A DNA stretch of 64,000 bases from Thecamonas trahens ATCC 50062 (taxonomy: Eukaryota; Protista; Apusomonadida): NCBI RefSeq assembly GCF_000142905.1, contig NW_013657643.1, positions 80,054-144,053 on the forward strand. Direction: 5' to 3'. The position numbers were made by a program, and so were the translations under genes. The notes below the pieces were generated by a model. That model saw nothing but the letters and a program-made list of their open reading frames with translations, did no database searches and was not told the DNA's origin. Below, piece after piece: positions 49,701 through 61,629 of the stretch. Position 1 is the first letter of the stretch. Each line of letters opens with the position of its first letter.

Positions 49701-52700
49701 GCATAACTCGAGCCCGCTTTGGACGGTGGCGGCCAATGTCCGGAAGCTCCATAACTGCGGCCCGCAACTCTTGTTCGGTGACAAATGTCTGGGATGCCCC
49801 TCTACCGTGTTCTTGCTTCGCCTTGTTAGCTCGCTCTTCCGCGAGCTCGGCCCGCAGCCGGTTGCACATCCGCTCCATCTCTGCTACCTCGGCCTCCAGG
49901 CCAACTGCCCGATCCTGCAACGCCGCGACGACCGCACTTGGCATACTCTCTTGCATTTGCGCAAGCTCGGCTCGCAATCCGTCGCACATCCGCTCAGACT
50001 GATCCACCTGAGACTCGAGGTCCTTGATTCGCTTGAGCTTTGCCACATCCGGGGCATCTGACGTGCGCGACAGTGCCTGGAGCTTCAGCTCTTTCTCCTC
50101 GATCACCTCCTGGAGTGCAGCCACCTCAGCGGCGTGCTGCTGGCGTGCTCCCTGAAGCTGCTCGAGTAGTGTCTCGTTTTGAGCAATAAGCTCGCCTGAG
50201 AGCTCGTCCGCACCAGATGCGTCGAGCGAGACGTTGAGGTACTCGAGCGTGGCCACTCGGGCCCCAAGCTCTGCCGCCTCCTGCTGCAGCAACGCCACCC
50301 CGTCGAGAACTGCCGACGGGCGTGAGTCGGGAAGCTCAAGAAGAGTCGCAGCACCTGCCACCGTGTCCTCAAGCTCGGTCTGGTGAGCGAGGAGCTCGGA
50401 AATCGTCTCTTGAAGTCGAAGTACAAGCTCATCGTTGGCATGCAGCTCCTCGCGGACAGCCATCCCGAACGCGCCAAGCTGCTCCAGCGCAGGGAGCGAC
50501 GGATCCGCCGTCCACTTTGCATCCTCTGGCAGACTCTCGTTCATCACCTCGCGAACTTGATGCTCCAAGTCGTCCAGTCGCAAACGTAGCGAAGCCGCCG
50601 CAAGCACATGCGTTTTCCGCTCAGCACGCAGCTCGTCGAGCACAGCGACGTCCACAGCCACCTCAGCAGCCAGCTGGGACGCTGCATCGCTGTCACGCTC
50701 GCGCTGCGCAGCGCGGATTTGTGCCTCTGCATCGCGCAGCTCAGCGACGCCGTCGCCCTCTGCATGTGACTCGGGGTCTACTCTCGGTGCGCGACTCTTT
50801 GCCCGCATCCGAGCGTCGCTGCGTGCAGCTGCGCGCTTCCGGATGGTCTGAAGTCGCTTGCGCGTCTGCTCAAGCTCGCTCTCCAGTTCTGAGCACCGAA
50901 CCTTGCTCTCTTGCAACTTGGCCCGCAGGCCGCGGTTGGCGCGCGTTGCCTTGTTGAGCGGCACCATGTACGAAGTCTTGACATGCTCGACCGCAGCCTC
51001 GATCGCTGCTAGCGAGACCAAGCCCGAGCCGGCTGACTCACGGTAGACTGCACCATCAAAGGTCGGTGGCGTGAGCTTGGACTCAGCGAGCCTGTGCACG
51101 ATCTGGTTGTCCTGTTCGATGAGGAGAGACACGCGATCGTGCTCACGCACAAAGGCTTCGGCCTCGGTTTCTATCACTGGCTCGTCGGCAGTGTGCGCGA
51201 GAGACGCAATCGTTCCACTCGCGCCGGCCTCCGCCTCGTTGACCTCGCTCATGAGATTGAGCATGTCTGCCAGCGCTACCTCCAGCTCGGCGTTGCGGCT
51301 TCGGAACTCGGCGGCCTCAGCCCGGGCAACCTCAGCAGATGTCGCTGCTTTTCGAGCTTCCTCCCGCGCCACGTCCAGCGCAACTATGAGGTCATCCGCC
51401 ACAGTAGTGAGCTCAGCTTGTTTGGCTTCAAACGCCTTCTCCTGATTCACCACATCGGTATGGAGCTGGCCCAACTCCACGACCATCTCTGCTGTCGCTG
51501 CGCGTGCCTCGCCGGCCTCGAGGAGGGCAGCATCCCGGTCAGCCCGAAGCCTGGCCAACTCAACTTGTGAATTGCTGGCGCTGGCACTCGCCCAACTTGC
51601 CTCCTTCAGCTTGGTCTCGAGCATGCGGACTTGCGCCGACAGCTGCGAGTTGATTGCAGCGTACGAGTCGCGTTCTCCACCAAGACCCTCCAGCACGTCC
51701 CCCAGCTGCGCCTCGAGCTCCCGGACTTGTGTCTTGAGCCGCAGCTTGTCGGCAGCAAGCTCATCGCGCTCGAGTGACAGCTCCTGAAATCGGCGCCGGC
51801 TCGCGGCCTCGCTGCGGTGTACGCTATCAGCGCTCTGCAGCTCTGCCTCGAGCTCCCGGACCCGTGCCTCGAGCTGCCGGTTGATGGCAGCAAACTGGTC
51901 AATCTCGGAAGTCAGCTCGTCAACACGCCGGGCTGCGCCCTGCGCGTGCGCACTGCTATGCGACGCCGCAAGCTCGATACGAGAGAGGCTGGCAGATGCT
52001 CCAGCGTCGTAGCCCTCGTGCGCGGCAAGGCGCTCGCGAAGGCTTTGGATTTCAGTCGATGCCGCGAGGTGGGCAGTGCTCAGCTCCTTGACCTGGTTTT
52101 GGAGCGCGTCAATCATCTCCGATTGGAGCATTTCGATGACAGTCGTGGCACCCGCCGAACGCGCGGTCTCGGTCCGCAGCGAGTGGGCGAGGCTGCGGAG
52201 CGTGGCATCGACAGCATCGCCGTCGGCATCGAAGCCTCGCGAGACAATGTTGTGGCGCGTTGGTGGAAGCGGCTCTCCTCCAACAACCACACCATCAGGA
52301 AGGATGTCTCGCCAAGCTGCAGGGTCGTCAAACTCGGCGTGGTTGCCGTGGACGAGGAGCCGCACGAGCGAGGCTGCCAGCGGGCGCATGACCAGTGGCT
52401 GAGGTTGTGAGAACGCATTCGACCGCAGATCCAGGACACGGAGCGAGGCGCCGCAGAGCGCCAGCTGCGGTGGCAACTGTGCCAGCTTGTTGGCTGCCAC
52501 ATCGAGGGTGTCGAGCGCAGTGAGCGCGCCGATCTCCGCAGGTAGCCGCCCCAGCTTGTTGAACGCCAGCAAGAGGACTCGGAGCGAGGCGCATGCGCCG
52601 ATGTGTGGTGAGAGCGTGGTGAGCGCACAGTGCGAAGCGTCGAGCCGCTCCAGTGCCGGCAGCAGACTCAGTGCCGGTCCAAGATCAGTCAGAGGGTTGT

Positions 52701-53187
52701 GTGAGACATCGAGCTTGACGAGCGATGAAAACGGCGCGGTGCGCGTGGCATTAGCGAGCGGAAAGTCCGCAAAGCAGTTGATGGCAAGATTGAGCTCGCG
52801 AAGACCGGCTGGTGCGCGCGCATCCTGCATGGCAGCAACAAGGCCGTGCGGAAGGACGCGCAGCGCGTTTGCCGCCAGCTCAAGCTTGGAAAGGCCACGG
52901 TCAAAGACGGCAGCCCACTCGGAGGCGTCGCCATCAGGCAGCGCGTCGAGAGCGTTGCCGGTGGCCACGAGCGTCTCCAGCGGCGGCCCATCCACCGCCA
53001 GCAGTGCCTCGCCAGGCAGCTCCTGCACCTTGGTTCCAGACACGTCCAGCGCCCGCAAGTAGTCCAGCTGCAGCACCGCAGGCGGGAGGTAGCCGAGCGG
53101 GAGGTGGGCCAGGCTCAGCTCGCCGCTGCCGCCCTCGGCCCCGGCGCCTGCCGCACGGTTGTAAGCTTCTTCCCACACTTCCTCCAT
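43766..53187 (-). CDS. Giant LRR + coiled-coil repeat protein (~3,100 aa), split by three apparent 1-nt indels
   Basis: LRRs at ~52330-53130 (LVKLDVSHNPLTDLG..LERLDASHCALTTL..LRVLLLAFNKLGRLPAEIG) followed by a long heptad-rich region. ORFs 49573-53304, 45533-49576, 45411-45623 and 43766-45448 join at homopolymers. First in-frame ATG at 53187. Confidence 0.8.
46340..49660 (-). repeat. Coding tandem arrays: ~8 x 102 bp (34 aa), then 81-bp (27 aa) units interspersed with six ~147-bp (49 aa) units
   Basis: Units RPRADEQMEAELAEARAANEAAQVRIAELEDELN; QAQASNEADTEVAAAQARIAELETELE; QTSEVASKLQLRLKMQDTLNESMDDVAELHEAEMVEL... Confidence 0.92.
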
Positions 53188-53846
53188 GCTACACACCAAT
53201 TCCACGCCCTTCTCGTGCCGTTCTCTGCTTGCGTCTGCCGCGTGTGGTGGTCGCACCTCTGCCACACGCCATGTCGCGACGACTCGGCTGGTGTGTTCGC
53301 TCACATCGCCGAAGGAAAAGGCGCGAAAGCTGGCGCCAAAATCGTGAATGGGCCAGGAAGGAGGTCAGCCCCAGCCATCTAGGAAGCCGAAACCATGCCT
53401 GCACACGGCATATCATACACGTACTACCCTCGATCTTGCATGCATCATAACTTCCTCTATCCAGCCGTCTGCTCCCACACTCTTGCACTCTCCCCGATGC
53501 CGGCTACAGCACAAGCAGAGCACACATTGATCCATCAGAGCATTCCCTCCACCTTTTTTGCTCCATCTGATCTTCTATCACACAACACACACCCAATCCA
53601 CATCCAGCTGCATCGCAGTACCGCGTAACGATCTTGTTAGACACCCCTTCCACACCGATGGCAGTCGTCAGCAGTACGTCTTGAAGGGAGTGTGCCCACC
53701 ACAAACCAAAGACGGTGCCATAGTAAGCATCACCCGATTTTTCGGCCTGCAAGATCGCTCTGATCAACCACACTGTGAACGCAGGCATCGATCTTCCGTC
53801 TAGCTCACCTCAGCAGTCTTTACGTGCCCCCCTACTGGCTTCCACC

Positions 53847-54875
53847 CTAGTTGTCGTTCCCACCGTTCCCATCGCCCCCGTCGTTCCCGCTGTTGTCGTT
53901 CGGGTCGTCCTGCATGGCGCCGCGGATGGAGGCCAGCGTCTCGGCGTCAAGGCCGGGCAGGCCGGCAAGGGTGGCCAGCAGGTCCGGGTCGTCGAGAGCG
54001 TCGGCGACAGCGGTGGGGTTGTTGTCGGCGGGTGCTGGCTCGTCGGCAGGGGCAGTGTCCATGGGCGCCGGCTCGTCGGCGGCCGGCGGCGGTGCCGAGT
54101 CAGCGAGCGACATGGCGAGGGCGCGCTCGATCTGCTCTTCCTCGGTGAGGAACGAGATGTCGTCGTCCATAGCAACAGGCGCGGCAGCAGCGGCGTCGCC
54201 GGCACCAGTGGCGGCGCCTGCCGAGCTCTGCGCCTCCTGCAGCGAGAGCGCGATGGCGCGGGCAACGTCGTCATCCATGCCACCCGAGACGGCGCCAGCG
54301 CCAATGCCGCCCATGATGGCGGACGAAAAGAGGATGTCGCGCAGGTTGCGCGTCTCGCCGGCAGCCACGTTGAGCAAGTTCGACGACTCACCCGAGTTGA
54401 CGGCGGCGATAAAGGCCTCCAGCTTCTCCACGTTGGCCTCAGTCTCGCCAAAGTTGACGACGTCGACAGAGACCTTGTTCTTCTTCAGCTGCTTGGCGAG
54501 CTTGACGAGGACGGGCGTCTCGGCCACTACGGGCGAGCCAACAAACAGCAGGATGCGCTGGCGCTGGATGGGGTTGGGCCGGTGCTTGAGGGCGAGCTGG
54601 GCGACCTGGAGGGCGGCGACAAAGTCGGCCGTCCCCGCGGGCGTCACCTTGAGAAGCGAGGTGTACAGCAGGCCCTCGTCGTTGGTCAGGTTGGTCACCA
54701 CCCGTGCAGACGACCCGGCCATGGAGATGATGCCCACAAGGTTCTCCGGGTGCGCCATGAGCTTGGCCTTTCCAGCGTCGTACGCCGCCTCCCGCTGCGC
54801 CACCAGCCGCGTCGGCACAAAGTCGCCATTGCGCATCCACTCCGAGTTGTCCAGGCACACCATAGTAGTCTCCAT
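53847..54875 (-). CDS. PSMD4: 26S proteasome ubiquitin receptor Rpn10/S5a
   Basis: vWA domain METTMVCLDNSEWMRNGDF...LALKHR...QRILLFVGSP. UIMs DDDVARAIALSLQE and EEEQIERALAMSL. C-terminal LAGLPGLD. Confidence 0.95.
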   Translation of the reverse strand: METTMVCLDNSEWMRNGDFVPTRLVAQREAAYDAGKAKLMAHPENLVGIISMAGSSARVVTNLTNDEGLLYTSLLKVTPAGTADFVAALQVAQLALKHRPNPIQRQRILLFVGSPVVAETPVLVKLAKQLKKNKVSVDVVNFGETEANVEKLEAFIAAVNSGESSNLLNVAAGETRNLRDILFSSAIMGGIGAGAVSGGMDDDVARAIALSLQEAQSSAGAATGAGDAAAAAPVAMDDDISFLTEEEQIERALAMSLADSAPPPAADEPAPMDTAPADEPAPADNNPTAVADALDDPDLLATLAGLPGLDAETLASIRGAMQDDPNDNSGNDGGDGNGGNDN

Positions 54876-55294
54876 CCTGTCCTTGCTTCCCGTCCCGTGT
54901 GCGTGCGAGTCGCGTCTGCCTCCGCCTCCCACCTCCCCGCCTCGCCTCGCCTCGCCTCGCTTCGCCTTCCGTTCCTCGCCCACTGACAGGTCGCGCCCAT
55001 CCGTCCCGCGCTTCCAAACGCGACTTTCAGTTCACCGACACCTGTAAAATTTTTACTACCCCACCCCCCACCCCCAACCCCCTGGCCCCTGGCCGACCAC
55101 CCAACCCGCACCGCCCACTCCACCCACTCCCTTCACATCCACCACTCCACCCACCCACCACACCACACCACCCACACCACCCACACCGCCCACCACCACA
55201 GCCTTTCCCCCTCCCCCTCCCCCTTCCCCTTCACCCCTTCTCTCTCCTCTCTATCCCCCCCCCCCCCCCCTCCCCTGCTCCCCCGCTGCCCATC

Positions 55295-57806
55295 ATGGCC
55301 GCAACGGCAACGGAAAATGGCGATAGCGGCGTCGGGAGCGACAAGGAGCGTGGCCTGGCGCCGAGCGGACCATCTGTGTCGGGCGGTAGCGGAGCGAGTG
55401 CGACGACGTCGGGAACAACGATGCGTGGGATGGACGAGTTTCAGATGGCGTCCATGTACCGCAACCAGCTGGCGTCAGCGGCCCGTGAGGTCAAGGACGG
55501 CGTGCCGGGCGAGCGTGCGGCGCCGCTGTCGGCCAAGATGGCGGCATCGACCTTTGTCACCTACGCCACCGAGGGCGACGTGCTGCTGGCACGCAACGAG
55601 GCCCGCAAGGCCATCGAGTCGTACGCCCGCGCGCTCGAGCTGTACGGCCACCTCGGCAAGTGGCAAAAGTCGCCCATGGCCCGCGAGGTCCTCGTCTCGC
55701 GCTCAAAGTGCTGGATCATGCTCGGCTACCCGGAGCAGGCGCTGCTCGACGCGGAGCGGGCGCTCATTCTCTGGGAGAAAGCGACAATCCTGACGACGAC
55801 GACGACGGCATCCCGTCCAACTACATGCAGCCCGGCGGATCCGGCCCGCCCAAGAAGAAGAAGGCCGGCGGCGGCGCCGCCGCCATGTACGTCGAGCCAG
55901 GCGTTGTCGTCGACGTCACCGTGCAAGAGGAGGTCGAGGACGTTCGCCCGCCCATTGTTCGCGACTCGTACAAGGGCCTGCTCGCCAAGGCTGAGGCGCT
56001 CTACGCCGCCACCAACTTTGAGCTGGCTGCCGTCTACTTTCACCGCGGCCACAATGAGCGCCCCGACGTCCAGGCCTTCCGCCTCGGCATTCAAAAGTGC
56101 CGGCAGGCCATTCTCAACGCCATCGGCGATCCCGAGTCGCACCGCTTGACTATGGCCGGCGAAGAGCACTTTGTCCGCGAGATGAAGGCCCGCAAGGCCG
56201 CGACCGCCGCGGTCTCGAAGCGGTCGCGCAACCCTGCCGCCGATCCCAAGCTCTTTAACGAGGGCCTCAAGCTGCTTTCAGACGATGCCGTCATTGCGCC
56301 CCCGCCCAAGGCCAACACCCGCCCTTCGTTTGCCTCGCTCGGCGACTCGCGCCCATCCACGGCCGGCTCGGCCGTCGGCGACTCACCTGGCGGCTGGGCG
56401 CTCGGACATCCGGCACCGTCCACTCCGTCGTCGGCTGTCCCGCAGCTCGATCTCAACACTCTCTCGGCCCGGCTTCACCCGGAGCTCTCGCAGCGCCGGG
56501 CAACGTCGTCGGCGCGCTCGGCGCTCGCCTCCGAGTCGACCCGCCAGCCGCGTGCCATCAACGACCTCGTCGACACGGAGAGCGCCAAACTTAACGACCC
56601 ACACGTCCGCAAGGAAGACCGCCAGCTGCTCGGCACGCTGTCAGCGGACAAGGAGTACCTTGCCCAGCTCTTGCTCGACGACTCGTTCCGACCCATTCTC
56701 ACCAAGAACAAGGCCATGTCGTCGGCCATCGTCGACGGCATCAACTATCTTGAGGCCCGTAAGGAGTTTTGGCGTCAGCAGAAGCCAATCTACAAGCGCC
56801 AGCACGAGCTTCGCCAGCGCCAGGAGGACGCTCGCGGGCCCAAGTCTGCTCGCCGCCCGCGGCCGCCGTCCGGCCCTTCTTCGTCACGCCCGCGCCCGCG
56901 CCCACCGCCTCGGCCCGCGGCCGCTCTGGCCGCGCCCGTCTCCGCACCCGCCCGCGCGACGCCGTGGCTCCGGCGGCGCCGCGGGTCGGCGCCTCGGACA
57001 AGGATGCCTACTTTGAGGCAACCCGCTACGCCATCCAAACGCTGGAGAACGTCAACAACGCCCTCGAGTACGACTCGCCCGAGCTCGGCCTCCAGCTCGC
57101 AAAGAACTTCCTTGCCCGTGTCGGCTCCATGGAGCTCGCTGACAAGCCGCGCATCCTGGGCAACCTCTACTGCTCGATGGGCAACACATACCTTGCCCTC
57201 GGCAAGCTCACCATGGCTGCCATCCACCACCGCAAGGACCTCGATATTTCGGGCGCGTACGGCTACGCCGACGCCACCCTGCGTGCGCTCGGCAACCTCG
57301 GCCGGACCTACCGCGTCATGGGCGACTACCCCAAGGCCATCCACTTTTTCGAGCGCCAGGCCGAGGTCGCCTCCGACCCCGAGGACGAGGGCCGTGCCTA
57401 CGTGGACATTGGCCGATGCTACTTTGAGATGGGCAAGTTCAAGGACGCCATCAAGGCCGGCGACACTGCCCTCGAGCATGCCCGAGGCGTCCAGGACGTC
57501 AAGGGAGAGCTCCGCGCAAACCTGCTCCTCGCTCAGTCGCTCTCGCGCCTCGAGGACCCGCGCTCGGCTCTGCCGTTCTACGAGGAGCACCTCCGCCTTG
57601 CCGTCGCCTCCTCCATCCCGGTTGCGCCTGAGACCCAGGACGAGTACGAAGCCGTCAAGGCAGCCCTCGACGCCGACGCTGACGCCGAGCCTTCCGCCGC
57701 CTCTGCCGCCGCCGCCTCCGAGGTGTCTGCCGCGCCCCCAACTGCCGAGCCCGAGCCGCCGGCCGGCGCGCCCTCTGCCCGCAAGCGCCGCCGCCGCAAG
57801 AAGTAA
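55295..57806 (+). CDS. TTC25: Outer dynein arm docking complex TPR protein TTC25/ODAD4 (two apparent frameshifts, ~55779 and ~56900)
   Basis: Motifs LVSRSKCWIMLG..ALLDAE, KGLLAKAEALY...FHRGH..RP...FRLGIQKC..AI.NAIG, RQLLGTLSADKEYL and YLEARKEFWRQQKPIY, followed by C-terminal TPRs. Confidence 0.88.
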
Positions 57807-57857
57807 GGAGTAACACACACGAGCCTGCCTATACACCCTACCCTCTTATTCATTCCA

Positions 57858-58620
57858 TCATTCGAGGCCGAGCGAGCGCTTGAGCGCTGCCATCTGCGCG
57901 GCCTCCTTAGCTTCTGCCTTGGCAGCCAGCTTGCCGAGCCGCTCTCGCTTGCGAGCGAGCCTCGCCTCGCGCCTGGCCTTGGCAGCCCGGATCTGGCCGT
58001 GGATAGACTCGTGGCTCCGCCCCGCAAAAACATCGACGGCAACGAGACCATCATCGTTGGCCGCCGCCCGAGCCTGCGACGCCCGGGCCTTGCTATCGGC
58101 TACCCTGCGCTCGCGTCCCGCGTCGGCCTTTGGCCCCACCAGCATCTCCAGCGTCGAATCGTGGCGTTCCTTCCTTCTCCTGCGGCTTGTTCTCAGGCTT
58201 TGGTGACTCTTGTGACGATGGCCAGGTGATGGTGCTCGACGACTTTCCAGCGAGCGTTCTCTGCTCCTGCTCCTGCTCCTGCGACTCGATCGATGGCTGT
58301 CTCGACGACGATGGCGTTCGCCCCCATGACGAGATCGACTCGACCCATGCCTCCGGCTCGACCTATGCCTTCGGCTCGACCCATGCCGCCGGCTCGACCC
58401 ATGCCGCCGGCTCGACCCGTGCCTCCTCCGGCTCGATCCATGTCTCCGGCTCGACCCATGTCTGCGGTGCCGCCGCTCCCGCTCCCGCTCCCGCTCCCGC
58501 TCCTTGCGCTGCGAGCCGGAGCTGTACTCACCCGAACCGTACCCGTACTCGCTCGAGCCGTACCCTGAGCCCGAGCCCGAGCCCGACCGCGATGCGCCCG
58601 GCCTATCCCCACCCCGCTCC
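57858..58620 (-). CDS. Arg/Ser/His-rich protein with charged helical C-terminus; 5' end unresolved
   Basis: Open frame with (HGSSRR)n, RSRSRSRERS and TLEMLVGPKADAGRERR...AKEAAQMAALKRSLGLE. The upstream region is low-complexity and probably intronic. Confidence 0.6.
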
Positions 58621-58803
58621 TGCCCACCAGTTTTGTTCCCTCGCCCACACCCAGCCCCGTCCCCATCCCCGTTCCCATCCCCAGCCACAACCACCCGAGC
58701 CTCTGCCACTCCGCTCCGCCCACCCACTGCCACCGAGTGAGGTGCCCTCCTCCCCCTCCCCCTCCCCCCTCCCCCTCCCCCCCCCTCCCACCCCGCCCAC
58801 CTC

Positions 58804-61611
58804 ATGCTGTGGCTATGGGCTACCATGGCCGTCCCGGGCGCAGTGTGTGCCCTATATGGCGGGCGCAGCCTGGCAGCCCTCGTCCTATGCGCCTGCGCTC
58901 TCGTCGGCCTCGCCTCGTCGCCGTCGTCGGCCCTCCCGGCATCGGCCGCCCGCCCACTGGTCTACGCCCTCATCGCAGCCTCGGCCCTGGCTGGCACCGT
59001 CCTGCTCATCACCTCTGCTGCCCATCTCATGTCGCTCTCCATCCTCTACTCGCTCCTCGTCCTTGCTATGCCCGCTCAGGTCGCTGCCTTTGCCGCCGCC
59101 GCTCTGGCTGCCAACCCGCTCACTGCCCCGACCGACGCCGCCACCGCTCGCCTGCTGGCCTGGATGTTCGCCCCGCTCTCGGGCGCCGCCCTCTCGGCAT
59201 GGGCTCTATTCTCACTTGTTCCGGATGGTGCCCTTGCCTGCTTTCTCCTCGTCCCACTCTGCCTCGTACCGCTCATCGGCATGGATGTCGAGGGCGTCCG
59301 CCTCCCGCCGCCTGCCCGCTGGCTCCTTCGCGGCCACGGCCTCGCTCTCCCACTCGTTGCCTACATCGCTCTTGCTGGCCCACACGCTCTGCTCTCCTGG
59401 CGCGGCGCGACAAACGCGCTGCTCCTTGCTGCCGCCCCTGTCGCATCATGGCTCCTCGTCCGCGCCATGCACACCTCGCTCACCGCCGGCTGGTCGCAGC
59501 TGCGGCTGCTGGTGTGCGCCATTGCGCTGGGTGCCCTCGTCGCTGTCGCTGTTGATGCCATTGTTCTCCGCTCGTACATGCACTACCTGGCCCTCCCGCA
59601 GCCGTGGGCCTCCATCGCCGCCGGCGTCGCCGCCGAGGCTGCTGTCGCCACCGCTGTCCTCCCAGCCGCTGCTGCGCTGGGTGCCTTTGGCCCGCTCCCG
59701 CTCCCGCTCCGCGCCGCCAACGCCCTGGCGCTCACCATGCACATCTGCGGCGCCGTAGCTGCTGCCACTCTTGGTCTCCTTCTCGGCTCGCTCCTTGCCG
59801 CCGCCGCCCTCCTCGGCACCTCGATCGCCGGCGTCGACGCCTACGCCTCCGGCCGCCCGCTCTCGCGCGCCTGCTTTGTTTTCTCTGCAGGCGTCGGTGC
59901 ATACCTCCTCCTCGGCTTTCTCCTCGGTCCAGTTGCACTCACGCTTGCGGCCACAAGCACCGGCCTCGGACCGGTCTTGATCTGCCTTGCCCTCTACGCT
60001 GCTCTCGCCATGGCCGGCACCGCCAACGGGTGGACCGGCGAGCGGCTCCTCGCCCTCGCCTTTGTCTTTATTGCCGCCGAGACCGTGCTCTATGCAGGTG
60101 AGGCCGGCGTTCCGGCCACTATCGGACTCTTCTATCCTCCCTATCTGGTCGCCGCCACCTCGGCTGTCGGTTACGCCCTCGCCGCTACCGAGTGGATGAG
60201 CGCCTCCCTCCGCGCCGCCTCGGTCGACGCTCTCTGGCGTGCCATCTTTGTGGCCAAGCTCATCGTGCTCATCGACTACTCGGCGCTCCCCGGCGTTGTC
60301 GTCTTTGTCTCACTCGCTCTAGTCCGTGGCCGCCGCTCGCGCGGCTCGCTGGCTTCGGCCGCTGTCGACGCCGTCCTTGCCGTTGCTGCATGGGCGACGT
60401 CAGCGGCGCTTGACGCACCGCTCTCGCGCTTGGGTCTCTCGCCGCTTGCCGCTGCCGCTCTCGCCTGGCTCATTGCCACCTGGCCAAAGCCGGAGCTCTC
60501 GTTCCTCCGCCGCGCCCATGCCTGCGCCGTCGTCGGCCTCGTCGCCATCCTCGTCTTGCAGCCGCCCATGCCCGGCGTCACCTCTGCGCATCGCCCGCTA
60601 ATGCAGCTCGCGACCTCGCTCGGGACCCAGGCTCCGGCATCGGCGCTCCTGCATCCGGATCCCGAGCTCGAGTGGCCACTGTGGCTCGTATGGGCCGCGC
60701 TCACCGGCCTTGGCTCGGTCGTCCTCCTCCCGCTGCCGCGCCTCCACGCCTGGCTCGCGCTCTTTGGCGTCTGCGCCGGCCTCGGCCTCGGCGGTCTCTT
60801 CCTCCCACCCATTCCCGAAGTGCTCCTACTGCTCGGCATCGGTGGCGCTCTGGCGCTCACTCTTGCGGGCTTTGTCCGCATCCCTGTTCCCGGTGCCCAC
60901 GTGTGGATCCTCTGCCTCTACGCCGGCTTGGCTGTTGTTCAGGCCCTCACCTGGCTCGCGCTCGTCGCCCACCTCCACCGCCTCCCGCTCTTTCTCCAGG
61001 CGCGGCCGCGCCGCCACGCCGGCGCTTCGCTTCTGGGCCTCTTTGCCGGCACCCACCTTGTGCTCGCCGCGCTGCTACGGACGGCCGCCCAGGTCATGGC
61101 CCGCGTTGCCCTCGCATCGGGCACTCCGCTCGCGCTGCACCAGGCGTACGAGCTAGCCACCAACGCTGCCGTCGCCACCGCCGTCGTCCTTGCCTCTGTC
61201 GTCTCGGGCGCCTACCTCGAGTCGCCACTGTGGGCGACTGGCATCGCGCTTGCGCCGCTCCTTCTCCTCCTCATCCCGTCACCTGGCTTTACCTGGCTGG
61301 CCGGCCCCGGCCGCTACGCCCCGGTTGTCGCCGCTCTTGCTCTCGCTGCCGCCCTCGACCCGCTGGTGGCCAGCGGCGGCCTCTCAGTACTAGACCTTGT
61401 TCGCCTCGCCGCCGCCGCCCCATTCCACGCCCGCGCTCTGCTGCGCGCCGTCGCCCCAGGGCCCTATCCCCTCGGCCTGGTCCTCCCGTTCCTTCTAGCC
61501 CTCAACGCCGCCGTTGTCCTCAGCGCCGAGCCCGGCGTCTGCCTCGCCGGCGCCCTAGCGCTCGGCTACGAGATCGTCGCCGCCACCACCGCGTACACCC
61601 ACCACATCTGA
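58804..61611 (+). CDS. Polytopic membrane protein resembling plant NO EXINE FORMATION 1 (NEF1)
   Basis: 935-aa ORF with ~20+ hydrophobic segments. Ordered motifs SYMHYLALPQP, FYPPYLV, IFVAKL, LVLQPP, WPLWL, LAPLLLLL, RYAPV, PFH and LN recall NEF1 (recognised from memory, not searched). Confidence 0.65.
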   Translation: MLWLWATMAVPGAVCALYGGRSLAALVLCACALVGLASSPSSALPASAARPLVYALIAASALAGTVLLITSAAHLMSLSILYSLLVLAMPAQVAAFAAAALAANPLTAPTDAATARLLAWMFAPLSGAALSAWALFSLVPDGALACFLLVPLCLVPLIGMDVEGVRLPPPARWLLRGHGLALPLVAYIALAGPHALLSWRGATNALLLAAAPVASWLLVRAMHTSLTAGWSQLRLLVCAIALGALVAVAVDAIVLRSYMHYLALPQPWASIAAGVAAEAAVATAVLPAAAALGAFGPLPLPLRAANALALTMHICGAVAAATLGLLLGSLLAAAALLGTSIAGVDAYASGRPLSRACFVFSAGVGAYLLLGFLLGPVALTLAATSTGLGPVLICLALYAALAMAGTANGWTGERLLALAFVFIAAETVLYAGEAGVPATIGLFYPPYLVAATSAVGYALAATEWMSASLRAASVDALWRAIFVAKLIVLIDYSALPGVVVFVSLALVRGRRSRGSLASAAVDAVLAVAAWATSAALDAPLSRLGLSPLAAAALAWLIATWPKPELSFLRRAHACAVVGLVAILVLQPPMPGVTSAHRPLMQLATSLGTQAPASALLHPDPELEWPLWLVWAALTGLGSVVLLPLPRLHAWLALFGVCAGLGLGGLFLPPIPEVLLLLGIGGALALTLAGFVRIPVPGAHVWILCLYAGLAVVQALTWLALVAHLHRLPLFLQARPRRHAGASLLGLFAGTHLVLAALLRTAAQVMARVALASGTPLALHQAYELATNAAVATAVVLASVVSGAYLESPLWATGIALAPLLLLLIPSPGFTWLAGPGRYAPVVAALALAAALDPLVASGGLSVLDLVRLAAAAPFHARALLRAVAPGPYPLGLVLPFLLALNAAVVLSAEPGVCLAGALALGYEIVAATTAYTHHI

Positions 61612-61629
61612 GAGACTACCACAGCCACC

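Noticed and set aside
47885-50002. 705-aa plus-strand Leu-rich ORF
   Set aside because: Antisense shadow of the coiled-coil repeat.
53380-53800. Lower-GC intergenic stretch with a 94-aa minus-strand ORF and loose C/D-box-like words
   Set aside because: No recognisable protein motif and no canonical box C/D pair; probably UTR or promoter.
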